Below, piece by piece: positions 27,888 to 36,490 of a stretch of DNA of 37,073 nucleotides. Under the pieces are notes generated by a model. The model was not told where the DNA came from. It did no database searches and worked only from the letters and a program-made list of their open reading frames with translations. Source of the stretch: a virus (Duplodnaviria > Caudoviricetes); the IMG/VR virus record IMGVR_UViG_3300025630_000025, positions 1 to 37,073 of that record; one strand, written 5' to 3'. How positions within the stretch are numbered: the first letter of the stretch is position 1; every line of letters begins with the position of its first letter. The position numbers and the translations under genes are program-made.

Positions 27888-28135
27888 TAATTTGGGCCCC
27901 TTGTGGTGAAAGCCACATTGAATAACAGCGTGAATTGCTGGAACGTCTCGCAAGAGAAAATCAGCAGCCAAGCCCCTCACGGGGAAGGTTCAACGATCAG
28001 GGTTTAACCCGTAGGGCCAAGCGGCCCGAAGCGCGCTGCACCCCAATGGGGTGATGATATGATCTGATCTCAAAGGCGACTTTGAGCAGCCCGAAAGGGC
28101 GGTTTGGGACTTTGCACGCCCAAGCGAACATAATG
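27888..28135 (+). ncRNA. ORF-less group I intron (IA-like, 248 nt) in the tail-fibre gene
   Basis: P1: exon GGCT pairs with GGCC (U.G). P AATTGCTGGAA 27933-43, Q AATCAGCAG 27959-67, R GTTCAACGATCA 27988-99, S TGATATGATCT 28055-65. P3 CAGCGTG/CGCGCTG. Terminal G 28135. Starts with an in-frame TAA. Confidence 0.93.
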
Positions 28136-29719
28136 CCATCCACAGTCAATGATTCATCCCGCGCCATGATGGCTGCGGTGAAGTCTTGGTATAATCTCAT
28201 CGCTGGTGGAACTGTGTCCACGGGGACGGTGGGTGGAACTACTAGCGCCGTCACACTCACTTGCTCGCCTACGGTGGACGCTCGTTCCAACGGGCAGAGG
28301 TTCCTGTTCAAGGCAACGTCAGACCTTGTCGCTTCTGCCACCTTGTCGGTTGACGGACTAACGGCACTGGCCCTGACCATCAAGGGCGTTGCCATCTCGA
28401 CGGGTCACGTCAAGAACGGAGACCTGATTGTGGTGTCCGACGATGGGACGAACTACGAAATCATATCGCAGCTTCGCTCGTCCCAGATCGTCAATGCCCA
28501 GACGGGAACAACCTACACGGTCCTTTCCTCTGACCGTGGAAATCTTGTCACCATATCAAATGTTGCTGCCATTGCCATCACGCTGCCACAGGCGACGTCG
28601 TCTAGCGCATTCTCGGCAGGATTCTGGACCGAGATTGAGAACATCTCAACCTCAAGCCTTGCCACGATTACCCCCACGACTTCGACCATCAATGGCGCTT
28701 CCACGCTCATTGTTTATCCGGGGCAGCGGTACAAGATTACAAGCGACGGCACGAACTACCGCGCCATCAAGATGGGCTCTGACTTGTGGCGGTACAGCGC
28801 GAAGACGGCGAACTATACGCTGCTCCCTGCTGACGTGAAGCCGCCGACAGTTTTTGACTTCACGACTGCGTCTGCCACATTGTCAACCAATGTCGCTTCC
28901 AGCAACTTTTCCGGTGGCGTGTTTATTGTAAAAAACTCGGCATCCACAGGGGATGTGACCTTCGATCCGAACTCGACAGAAACCATAGACGGATCGACAA
29001 CCCTCATCATTCACCCTGGACAAACGTATCTGATCCAGAGCGATGGCTCTAACTGGAAGTCGATTGGCGACAACGTTCTGATGAAGTCGTCGGCCATTGC
29101 GTCGAAGACAGGAAGTTACTCGGCCACGACTGCGGACAGGGGCAAGAGCATCCGCTTTGCGGGTTTGGCAGCAGACGCAACCTTGACACTCCCGGCGGCT
29201 GCTACGTGCGGTGATGGATTTGTGCTGTACGTCAGCAACGAGGACACCACAGACACCGCTCCGTTTGGTGTCATCGTTGATCCGAACGGTGCAGAACTGA
29301 TCGACGGCTTTTCGACCCGCAAAATGTACACGGGATCGCGCGTCACGCTCCTCTGCGACGGTACTGGCTGGCGCACGGTAAATGGTGTTTACAGGTTTTT
29401 CTCTGGCGACCAGACACTAGCAACGTCCACCGTTACCACGTTCACGCACGGCTTGGGCGTGAGGCCGAGGCGCATGTGGGGCGAGTACAAGTGCACAACA
29501 ACAGACCTCGGATACGCGGTTGGAGATGTCGTTAGCGCGGCCGGAGCAATCGAATCTGACGGCGCGGTTGTTCGAGGCGTTACCCACACCTCAGACTCAA
29601 CAACGCTGAAGATGATAACGGGCAACAGTGTAAATCCGTACTACCCGCGCAAAGATACCGGCGCGCTCGCAAGTATTACGGCAGCAAGTTGGCGCTACCG
29701 CGTCTACGCGGAGGACTAG
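28136..29719 (+). CDS. Tail fibre exon 2
   Basis: S/T-rich; repeated modules YT...DRG...TLP...TIDG...SDGxNW. Confidence 0.85.
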   Translation, partial: PSTVNDSSRAMMAAVKSWYNLIAGGTVSTGTVGGTTSAVTLTCSPTVDARSNGQRFLFKATSDLVASATLSVDGLTALALTIKGVAISTGHVKNGDLIVVSDDGTNYEIISQLRSSQIVNAQTGTTYTVLSSDRGNLVTISNVAAIAITLPQATSSSAFSAGFWTEIENISTSSLATITPTTSTINGASTLIVYPGQRYKITSDGTNYRAIKMGSDLWRYSAKTANYTLLPADVKPPTVFDFTTASATLSTNVASSNFSGGVFIVKNSASTGDVTFDPNSTETIDGSTTLIIHPGQTYLIQSDGSNWKSIGDNVLMKSSAIASKTGSYSATTADRGKSIRFAGLAADATLTLPAAATCGDGFVLYVSNEDTTDTAPFGVIVDPNGAELIDGFSTRKMYTGSRVTLLCDGTGWRTVNGVYRFFSGDQTLATSTVTTFTHGLGVRPRRMWGEYKCTTTDLGYAVGDVVSAAGAIESDGAVVRGVTHTSDSTTLKMITGNSVNPYYPRKDTGALASITAASWRYRVYAED

Positions 29720-29722
29720 CCC

Positions 29723-30178
29723 ATGCTCATCCCCGCAATTGCCGCGCTTATAGGCGCTATCCTCTACCGCCTTCGTGGTGGGCCTCTCAAAGACTGGTTC
29801 GGCATCGGCACTCAGTTGTCGCGCCTTGCTTGGGCCATCCCCACGGCTGCACTGATGACGGAGATGTCTCACGCCCCGTGGTGGCTTGCGCCCATCCTCG
29901 TCCTCACGAATTGGGGCTCTCTCGTCATGTTCGGGACAGGGCAATACCTGCCCCTGAACGCCAAGCTGAACTACCCAGACTTGCTTGGCTTCTACCGCAA
30001 CTGCCTCGCAGCCATTCCGGTGTTCTACTTCTCGCCTGAGATGTTTGGCTTATACGCGATAGTTGGTGCCACTCATTCGGCGCTCTACTGGCTTGGGCAT
30101 CGCACTGGATACGGCTCACAGGCCGGTGAATGTCTTGTTGGTGCGGCTTCATGGGTGGCAATAACGATATGTCGATGA
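29723..30178 (+). CDS. Multi-pass membrane protein
   Basis: GGAGG RBS; several hydrophobic segments; YRLRGG motif. Confidence 0.7.
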   Translation: MLIPAIAALIGAILYRLRGGPLKDWFGIGTQLSRLAWAIPTAALMTEMSHAPWWLAPILVLTNWGSLVMFGTGQYLPLNAKLNYPDLLGFYRNCLAAIPVFYFSPEMFGLYAIVGATHSALYWLGHRTGYGSQAGECLVGAASWVAITICR

Positions 30179-30645
30179 AACCTTCAGATTGGGTTCTAAG
30201 CTTCCTGAAGCAGTTTGAGGGCTTGGCCCGCGTCGGGAACGATGACCTTGTGTACCCGTATAAGGATTCATCCGGCTACCCAACTCAGGGCTATGGGCGG
30301 CTTCTGAGCAAGGACACGAATGCCCCGCTGAGTAATTGGCCACCAATCACGAAGGATGAGGCCGAAGCGTGGTTTGCGCATGATGTTGGTGTGGTTGCAG
30401 ACCAAGTCAACTCCGCTGTGAAAGTAACGCTAGACCAAGCGCAGTTTGACGCTCTTGTCAGCCTCACATTCAACATTGGCGTCGGGCAACTTCTGACCTC
30501 AACGCTACTCAGAAAGCTAAATGCACATGACTATTTGGGCGCGGCTGGCCAGTTCGTCCGCTGGAACAAGGACCAACACGGAAAGCCAGTTTTAGGACTT
30601 ACTCGCAGACGTGCGGCAGAGCGCGATCACTTTCTTAGGGGCTAG
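30175..30645 (+). CDS. Endolysin, GH24 lysozyme
   Basis: FEG...YKDSSGYPTQGYG (E...D...T triad), QFDALVSLTFNIG, GLTRRRAAE. Confidence 0.93.
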   Translation: MKPSDWVLSFLKQFEGLARVGNDDLVYPYKDSSGYPTQGYGRLLSKDTNAPLSNWPPITKDEAEAWFAHDVGVVADQVNSAVKVTLDQAQFDALVSLTFNIGVGQLLTSTLLRKLNAHDYLGAAGQFVRWNKDQHGKPVLGLTRRRAAERDHFLRG

Positions 30646-30647
30646 AG

Positions 30648-30962
30648 ATGGATGAGCTTAATCATTGGGTTGGTCTTGTTGCTGCTGCTGTTGGTAGCTT
30701 CTTCACGGCAGCAGTAGGCGTTGCCATGAGGCACGCCCACAAGGTGCAGAGGGGCGAGCCATTCAGCTGGATTCGCGTTGCCCTTGACGGGCCTACCGTC
30801 CTGTTTATGGGCCTCGTAGGTGGTGCGCTGGGGCAATACCTCCACTCGGCATACGCCATGCCGGAATTGTTCGGCAGCGTCATTGCGGCGTCAGGTGGCT
30901 ACCTTGGCCCATCCGTGGTTGACAGGCTGGCGGAAGCCATCGCGAAGAGGGCAGGAAAATGA
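30648..30962 (+). CDS. Holin
   Basis: Two or three TM segments, GGYLG motif, basic C-terminus, adjacent to the endolysin. Confidence 0.7.
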   Translation: MDELNHWVGLVAAAVGSFFTAAVGVAMRHAHKVQRGEPFSWIRVALDGPTVLFMGLVGGALGQYLHSAYAMPELFGSVIAASGGYLGPSVVDRLAEAIAKRAGK

Positions 30963-31102
30963 TGCGCCGCGCCCTTCGGAACACCCCGCTGCATGTTGGG
31001 AACATCATTGCGTGGCTGATCCTGGCGCTGTCGATTGGTTTTGCCGTTGGGTGGGTAGCAAACGGTGAGCGTCTTTACGGCAACTGCACGGTGATAGTGT
31101 GA
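30959..31102 (+). CDS. Small membrane protein (47 aa)
   Basis: Manual ORF MMRRALR...IIAWLILALSIGFAVGWV; ATGA overlap. Confidence 0.55.
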   Translation: MMRRALRNTPLHVGNIIAWLILALSIGFAVGWVANGERLYGNCTVIV

Positions 31103-31275
31103 GCAAGCAAAAGAAGCCGAAGCGCAAGGGCGGGGATACCACCAAAGCCTCGCAGCGCATTTTCTACCGCCGCCCACGAGACATGTTTGCCGAATTCATG
31201 TGGTCAGGTCCCGGCTTTGTGTTCGCCGTTCTCGTCTTCGGCGCGCATGTCATATTCATCCATATGTTTGGGTGA
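31099..31275 (+). CDS. Small membrane protein (58 aa)
   Basis: Manual ORF from GTG; basic N-terminus and C-terminal TM; GTGA overlap. Confidence 0.5.
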   Translation: MSKQKKPKRKGGDTTKASQRIFYRRPRDMFAEFMWSGPGFVFAVLVFGAHVIFIHMFG

Positions 31276-31278
31276 CGG

Positions 31279-32553
31279 ATGCCCTATCCACGGCTTTCCA
31301 AAAAAGAGTGGAACAGGCGCAAGAGTTTCATCCATAAGGCACTAAAGGCCGGATACCCACCTCCGGGGACGATAGGCCACCACGGGCAGGCGGCAATTGC
31401 CGTCGCCGCGAGGGCGCTAGGAATCCAGCCATGCTCGCTGCAGAACGCAATCCGCTCTGCCGAACTGCAGGGCTTCCCAATGCCGGATTGGTCGCTCTAC
31501 AAGCAGGATGACGGCAAGGCGATACCGGACAAGACACCGGACACGATCAGGACACGCAACCAGATTGCTGACCTGAAGCGGCGACTTGACGAGGCCCTGA
31601 AATACGCGGCGAAGCTGGAGGACATCCGGGGATCAGTCTTCAACCTTGCACCGGACAAGTTGCAGATACCCAAGTGGCAGGTTCCTGCAACAAGCACCAA
31701 GTCACAACCGGAAATCCCCACGCTGTTCACGTCAGACTTCCAGGCGGGTGAGGTTATCCGCTCAAGTGAGTTGGACTTCCCGAACGACTACAGCCCCGAC
31801 ATTTTCCGGGAACGCTATCGCCGCCTGATCCGCACCAGCATCAAGCTGCTGGAGCGCGAAAGCCCGAAGATGGAATACCCCGGCTTCGTCTATCTCCGGG
31901 GAGGCGATGCGGTATCGGGCGACATACACGCCGACTTGAGTGAGACGCAGGACACGGTCCCCACCGAACAAACACAGATGGTGGCGGAAGAGGAGATACG
32001 CGGCCTTGAGGAACTGCTGCGCGTCGTTCCCAAAGTAACCGTCTATTCCGTTCCCGGCAACCATGACCGGGCCACGCTGAAGCCACGGGCGAAGAGGTTC
32101 GTGGCGCTTACCTATGACTACCTCGCCATCTGGGCGATTGAATCCTACTTCAAGGCCAAGGGTGAGACGCGCATCACGTTCTGCGCACCTCCATCTGGTG
32201 ACGCCTATTACACGCTGTTCAACACGCATTACCTTCTGACGCATGGCGACAGGATAGGGGCAAGGGGCGGGCAAGGCTTCATCGGCCCATCGGCTGTCAT
32301 CAGCAAGGGGATTCACAAGGTTCGTGCGCAAATGGCGCGCATGGGAAGGCCCGTGGACTACGTCCTGACAGGCCACTTTCATGTTGCGATGCAGCTTCCC
32401 AACGGGATTGCAAATGGGTGCCTTGCTGGATTCAGCGAATACGCCAAGAGCGAGTTACGGGCAGAGCCAGAGCCACCAACACAAACCATGTGGTGGACGC
32501 ACCCCAAGTGGGGCCTAACGACGATCAGGCGAGTGAGGGTGGATCATGACTGA
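31279..32553 (+). CDS. Calcineurin-like metallophosphoesterase with N-terminal HTH/coiled coil
   Basis: SDFQ, GGDxxSGDIH, GNHDR, THGD, GHFH motifs. Confidence 0.85.
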   Translation: MPYPRLSKKEWNRRKSFIHKALKAGYPPPGTIGHHGQAAIAVAARALGIQPCSLQNAIRSAELQGFPMPDWSLYKQDDGKAIPDKTPDTIRTRNQIADLKRRLDEALKYAAKLEDIRGSVFNLAPDKLQIPKWQVPATSTKSQPEIPTLFTSDFQAGEVIRSSELDFPNDYSPDIFRERYRRLIRTSIKLLERESPKMEYPGFVYLRGGDAVSGDIHADLSETQDTVPTEQTQMVAEEEIRGLEELLRVVPKVTVYSVPGNHDRATLKPRAKRFVALTYDYLAIWAIESYFKAKGETRITFCAPPSGDAYYTLFNTHYLLTHGDRIGARGGQGFIGPSAVISKGIHKVRAQMARMGRPVDYVLTGHFHVAMQLPNGIANGCLAGFSEYAKSELRAEPEPPTQTMWWTHPKWGLTTIRRVRVDHD

Positions 32554-32770
32554 TGACATCGAAGTCGAGCGCACCGTCACTGTAGCCGTTGAGGCGTTGC
32601 CGTTCTGGCACGCGCACGCGCACGACGCCACGCTGCGCATGTGGATATTCCGCGAGATTCACGGCATCGAAATGCCACTCACCCCCGCAACACTCGAATA
32701 CATGGAAAGCGCGTTTCAATGGATCAAGAAGGGCAAACGGAAAAAGCCGGACTTGAAGGTAGTGAAGTGA
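32546..32770 (+). CDS. Hypothetical protein
   Basis: Overlap-coupled; ends LKVVK. Confidence 0.6.
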   Translation: MTDDIEVERTVTVAVEALPFWHAHAHDATLRMWIFREIHGIEMPLTPATLEYMESAFQWIKKGKRKKPDLKVVK

Positions 32771-32973
32771 TGCAAGCCCCCAACAGAAGGTTTTCGGTGA
32801 ACGAGGGAGTCGGGCCATTTGTGATTTCTGTGGGCTTCACGCAGGATCACACGGGGGCCTGGACGGTTCCTTATGAGGCTTTCATTAGCTCGCGAGGAAG
32901 AAGCGGCACCGAACTCGATGACCACTTGTATGAGATAGGCGTCCGCATTTCGAAAATAATGCAGGGCGAGTGA
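32770..32973 (+). CDS. Small protein resembling a TSCPD (class II RNR C-terminal) domain
   Basis: TGATG coupling; PYEAFI...RSGTELD...ISKIMQG. Confidence 0.45.
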   Translation: MQAPNRRFSVNEGVGPFVISVGFTQDHTGAWTVPYEAFISSRGRSGTELDDHLYEIGVRISKIMQGE

Positions 32974-32974
32974 C

Positions 32975-33484
32975 GTGCTTGCGGTGCCGCATTATCGGCA
33001 ACGCACAAACTACACTTGCGGGCCAGCCTGCTTGCGCATGGTACTTGAGTACCACGGAAAGTCACTCAGCGAAGAAACCATTGAAAAGCGGTGCGGGGCA
33101 GACCCTGCAAATGGAACATCACCTTTCAAGATTGCAAGGTTTCTGAGACGCAACAGGTATAGCCACAAGCAGCAGCAGCGCATGACGCTGTCGTTGCTCA
33201 CCGCGTATCTGGAGCGCGGATGGCCCGTCATCGTGGCCTATCAGGCATGGCCTCACAAACCATCACAGACTGACTTGGGGAGGTCGTGGGATCATGGACA
33301 TTATTCAGTTGTGGTTGGCATTCGCGATGCTCGTGTTTGCCTGGTGGACCCTTCTTCCAGAAGACCACGACGGTATCTAGACGCGGACAAGTTCATCGCT
33401 TCATGGCGAGACATTGAGAACAGCGGGCGCATTTACCGCCGCTGGGGTGTGGCCGTTGGGCCGAAATACAGGAGGCGCACATGA
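32975..33484 (+). CDS. C39-like cysteine peptidase
   Basis: Q...TCGPACL, GWPVIV, GHYSVVVG, DP (Cys-His-Asp). Confidence 0.85.
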   Translation: MLAVPHYRQRTNYTCGPACLRMVLEYHGKSLSEETIEKRCGADPANGTSPFKIARFLRRNRYSHKQQQRMTLSLLTAYLERGWPVIVAYQAWPHKPSQTDLGRSWDHGHYSVVVGIRDARVCLVDPSSRRPRRYLDADKFIASWRDIENSGRIYRRWGVAVGPKYRRRT

Positions 33485-33684
33485 AGTGTGGCGAATGCAG
33501 ATTCTACAACGAAATCCGGCATCGGGGCGGCGAATGCCGCGCCGACCCGCCGAGACTTTTCATGGATGGAAGCGGCCGGTCTGGCTGGCCGCCGACAGGG
33601 CGAGACGAATGGTGCGGTCGTTTCGTTGCGAAGGATAGCACCGCAACAGAGGTCGTTGTCGGACAGCCTCACATTCAGGAGTAA
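33481..33684 (+). CDS. Small Cys-rich protein
   Basis: CGECRF...CRADPP...WPP...WCG, a common phage motif. Confidence 0.65.
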   Translation: MKCGECRFYNEIRHRGGECRADPPRLFMDGSGRSGWPPTGRDEWCGRFVAKDSTATEVVVGQPHIQE

Positions 33685-33689
33685 CACAC

Positions 33690-33998
33690 ATGGACGTTCC
33701 TTATGGAAAGTCGGTCGTTGTGCCGTTCAGTTTCGTGGACGCAAACGGCAACGCGGCGAAGGTAGACGGGCTCCCGGTCGTTTCCTCAACGCTTGGCGAA
33801 GTTGTTGTAGCAGCTACGGACACTGGCTTTACGGCTACGTTGACCATTGGCGCGGTAGGTGCTGCCTCCCTTTCCGGGACGGCTGACGTTGACCTTGGCG
33901 AGGGCGTGAAGGACCTGGCGTTCGCGCTGGGTGACTTTGTCGGCCTTGCCTCGCCGGAAGCCGCCGCCGTTCAGGTTGGCGAGCCTTCCATCATCTAG
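33690..33998 (+). CDS. Small acidic Ig-like protein
   Basis: AGGAG RBS; DANGN, beta-rich. Confidence 0.7.
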   Translation: MDVPYGKSVVVPFSFVDANGNAAKVDGLPVVSSTLGEVVVAATDTGFTATLTIGAVGAASLSGTADVDLGEGVKDLAFALGDFVGLASPEAAAVQVGEPSII

Positions 33999-34005
33999 TG
34001 AAGTC

Positions 34006-34039
34006 GGGCGGGTGGTAAGGCCCATCCGCCCTTCTTGTT
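34006..34039 (+). terminator. Probable intrinsic terminator
   Basis: GGGCGGGTGG/CCATCCGCCC stem then TTCTTGTT. Confidence 0.55.
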
Positions 34040-34105
34040 CCGCCTGCCAAGTGTAGGACGGACATTCGGGGTCGCTAGTCGCCCCTAGCAATGAAAGGAA
34101 ACAAC

Positions 34106-34282
34106 ATGCTTGCACTTCTTCCGAAGGAATTCTTCTTCAGCTTGATCCGCCACGCCCTCACGGTTGGGGCTGGATGGCTTGTCTCTCAGGGCATGACTGA
34201 CGGTGATTCAGCCCAGGCGCTCATTGGTGGCGTCATGGGAACCATTGCGGTTTCGTGGTCCCATTGGGTCCACACGCCGTAA
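34106..34282 (+). CDS. Small two-TM holin-like protein
   Basis: AAAGGA RBS; IRHALTVGAGWLV...G...WS. Confidence 0.65.
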   Translation: MLALLPKEFFFSLIRHALTVGAGWLVSQGMTDGDSAQALIGGVMGTIAVSWSHWVHTP

Positions 34283-34602
34283 TGGGCTGGCTTAGAACAG
34301 CGGGGGCGGCAGTCGCCGTCCTCGTAATTCTCTACGCGGGCTGGACTGCTGCTGGCTGGCGTGCAGATGCCATGCAACTTGAGAGTGCCAAGATTGAGCT
34401 TCGGAACCAGATAGAGCGTACCGTCGCCTCTGACCGCGAGCGACTTGCCGTTCAGGAGAAGCTGACACAGGCCCAGGAAATGCTCGCCAAGAAGCTAGGA
34501 ACAACCCTCAAAGCGATTCAAGACCATGCACCGAAAAGCCATGACTGCGATATTCCTGACCCTGTCGCTAGTCAGTTGCAATCACTTAGATCAGGCCAAT
34601 AG
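34282..34602 (+). CDS. i-spanin (Rz-like)
   Basis: N-terminal TM, coiled coil, C-terminal Cys. Confidence 0.7.
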   Translation: MGWLRTAGAAVAVLVILYAGWTAAGWRADAMQLESAKIELRNQIERTVASDRERLAVQEKLTQAQEMLAKKLGTTLKAIQDHAPKSHDCDIPDPVASQLQSLRSGQ

Positions 34603-34804
34603 CTGTCCCCAGCCGCCCCCGGTTCTGCTTCAGCGTGAACCATCCCTTGCAGAAATCAATCCGCTCAAGATGCCGTTGAGCCAGCAAGAGGCTTTGACGC
34701 TATGGGCGAAGGACGCCGCGCAGTACGAAGCCCTGCGGGAGCGTCACACCGATTTGCAGATGTGGATTCGTTACTGGTGCCTCGCTCACTACGGGAACAA
34801 ATAA
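34541..34804 (+). CDS. o-spanin (Rz1-like lipoprotein)
   Basis: Lipobox LVSC, CPQPPP; overlaps the i-spanin 3' end. Confidence 0.7.
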   Translation: MTAIFLTLSLVSCNHLDQANSCPQPPPVLLQREPSLAEINPLKMPLSQQEALTLWAKDAAQYEALRERHTDLQMWIRYWCLAHYGNK

Positions 34805-36325
34805 ATGCCATCCCTAGCCGACCTTCTCCGCAATGACCCGTGGGGCGCTCCCCCGCAAACACCGCTTGCCAAGACAGTGACGGATGTCGGCTTTGACCCG
34901 TCCTTGGGCTTTGCCGGGGCGGTGGATACCTACCTCGCACGCCTCAAGAAGATGCAGGGCGGTCTTGCACAGGACATGCTCGACACCGCTGCGGACCCTA
35001 ATGCAGAGGGCATCCAGAGGGCAGCGAACCTGCTAGGCGGGCTTGGGCTGAAGATCGCAAACGTGCCTATGGCGCTGATGCCATCGTCTCAGGAACTCAG
35101 GGACCGTGCCTATCAGGCGGGGGCATCTCCAGAGGTCCAGGCGCTTGGTGGGGCTTTGGGTGATGTGGTCAACATTCCAGACCCTGCTACGGTAGGTCCT
35201 GCGCTTGCGGCTCTTGTGAAGGCGGGGGCGACAGCGAAGGGTCTGGCTGCGGCTGCACCATTGGGGTTTAAGGCTATGGCCGTTGCTCCGGGTAAGGGGC
35301 GCGGTCTTGCAGAACTTCTCGCAGACGCTACTCCAGCAGAACAAGCAGCCCTCAAGGCTAGGCTGGAAGCAGAAGCAGCACAGACAGGTGGTCAGGCTTC
35401 CAGTGTTTCACGGGAACAAGCCTTGAATGGGCTGACGGGGGATAACGGCATCATCGCCTATCACGGTTCCCCTCATTCCTTCGACAAGTTCGATATGTCG
35501 AAGATTGGAACGGGTGAGGGGGCGCAGGCTTATGGGCATGGGTTGTATTTTGCTGAGAAAGAGGATGTTGCAAGGGCGTATCGGGACGCTCTTTCTGATG
35601 CAAAGGTCCAATCACCAGATGGGTCTCAGGTATGGTCGTTCCCAAAAACTGGTGGCATTTCCCTAAGTATAAACCCAAATAACGAAGTTGATTGGGCGGC
35701 TAGTAGTTACCTACAGAACGCTAACGGTGACGTTGATAAGGCAATCAGCAACATTATGAAGTCCAGATATGCGGACTCGCCTCTGGAAAAAAAGACTATC
35801 GCAAAACTGAATGAGTGGAAATCATCAGGCGTAAAATTATCGTCAGACGGCTCCATGTACCAAGTCCACCTCAACGTCCAGCCCCATGAACTGCTTGATT
35901 GGGATAAGCCTCTGAGTGAGCAGCCGAAGGCAGTGAGAGACGCGCTTCATTCACAGCCTGAAGTTCAGCAGAGAATTGCTGACGCATCCAAGATTCTTGG
36001 CCCAAAAGCGGCAGACATGAAGGGGGAGTCGGCATATGCGGCGCTAACTGGGTGGCGTCGTGGAGCTCAATTGTCGCCCCCTACAGAAGTTTCTGCGGCT
36101 GTGTCTCAAAGGCTGAAGCAAGCAGGCGTAAAAGGCATAAAGTACAAAGACGCAGGCTCCCGTGACGGTGTTGGCGGGACCAACAACTACGTCATATTTG
36201 ATGACAATCTAATCACCATCCTAAAGAAGTATGGCATCCCCATGACCGCAGGCGCAGGCGGGGCAATGCTGGTTTCAGGTCAGCATATGCCCCCCGATAT
36301 TGCGGCCCAGCTACAGCAGCAGTAG
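34805..36325 (+). CDS. Protein with ADP-ribosyltransferase-like domain of phage polyvalent/internal proteins
   Basis: AYHGSPHSFDKFDMSKIGTGEGAQAYGHGLYF, LLDWDKPLSEQP, GIKYKD...NYVIFDD. Confidence 0.75.
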   Translation: MPSLADLLRNDPWGAPPQTPLAKTVTDVGFDPSLGFAGAVDTYLARLKKMQGGLAQDMLDTAADPNAEGIQRAANLLGGLGLKIANVPMALMPSSQELRDRAYQAGASPEVQALGGALGDVVNIPDPATVGPALAALVKAGATAKGLAAAAPLGFKAMAVAPGKGRGLAELLADATPAEQAALKARLEAEAAQTGGQASSVSREQALNGLTGDNGIIAYHGSPHSFDKFDMSKIGTGEGAQAYGHGLYFAEKEDVARAYRDALSDAKVQSPDGSQVWSFPKTGGISLSINPNNEVDWAASSYLQNANGDVDKAISNIMKSRYADSPLEKKTIAKLNEWKSSGVKLSSDGSMYQVHLNVQPHELLDWDKPLSEQPKAVRDALHSQPEVQQRIADASKILGPKAADMKGESAYAALTGWRRGAQLSPPTEVSAAVSQRLKQAGVKGIKYKDAGSRDGVGGTNNYVIFDDNLITILKKYGIPMTAGAGGAMLVSGQHMPPDIAAQLQQQ

Positions 36326-36490
36326 CTGGTTGATGGTGGTGATAGTCGCCCCAAACACGCTGATCCCCAATACGCAGCTAAACACCGACAGCATCAGCAA
36401 GGGGAAAAACCCCGACAGGTAAGCGTCTACACGCTCCCCACGGGTGGATGCCCAGCCGTGTTTTGGTCGGGTCAATACGCGCCGGGTCAT
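36311..36490 (-). CDS. Small membrane protein
   Basis: Hydrophobic C-terminal half; ATGA-coupled to the upstream minus-strand peptide. Confidence 0.4.
   Translation of the reverse strand: MTRRVLTRPKHGWASTRGERVDAYLSGFFPLLMLSVFSCVLGISVFGATITTINQLLLL

Noticed and set aside
28082-28135. ORF-track N-terminus MSSPKGRFG... of the tail fibre and the in-frame ATG at 28133
   Set aside because: Lies inside the intron 3' domain with no SD; the spliced product gives the conserved N-terminus.
27813-28189. Exact 12-nt repeat GTGAAGTCTTGG at 27813 and 28178
   Set aside because: Both encode VKSW in coding exons and do not bound the intron or the cassette; probably coincidental.
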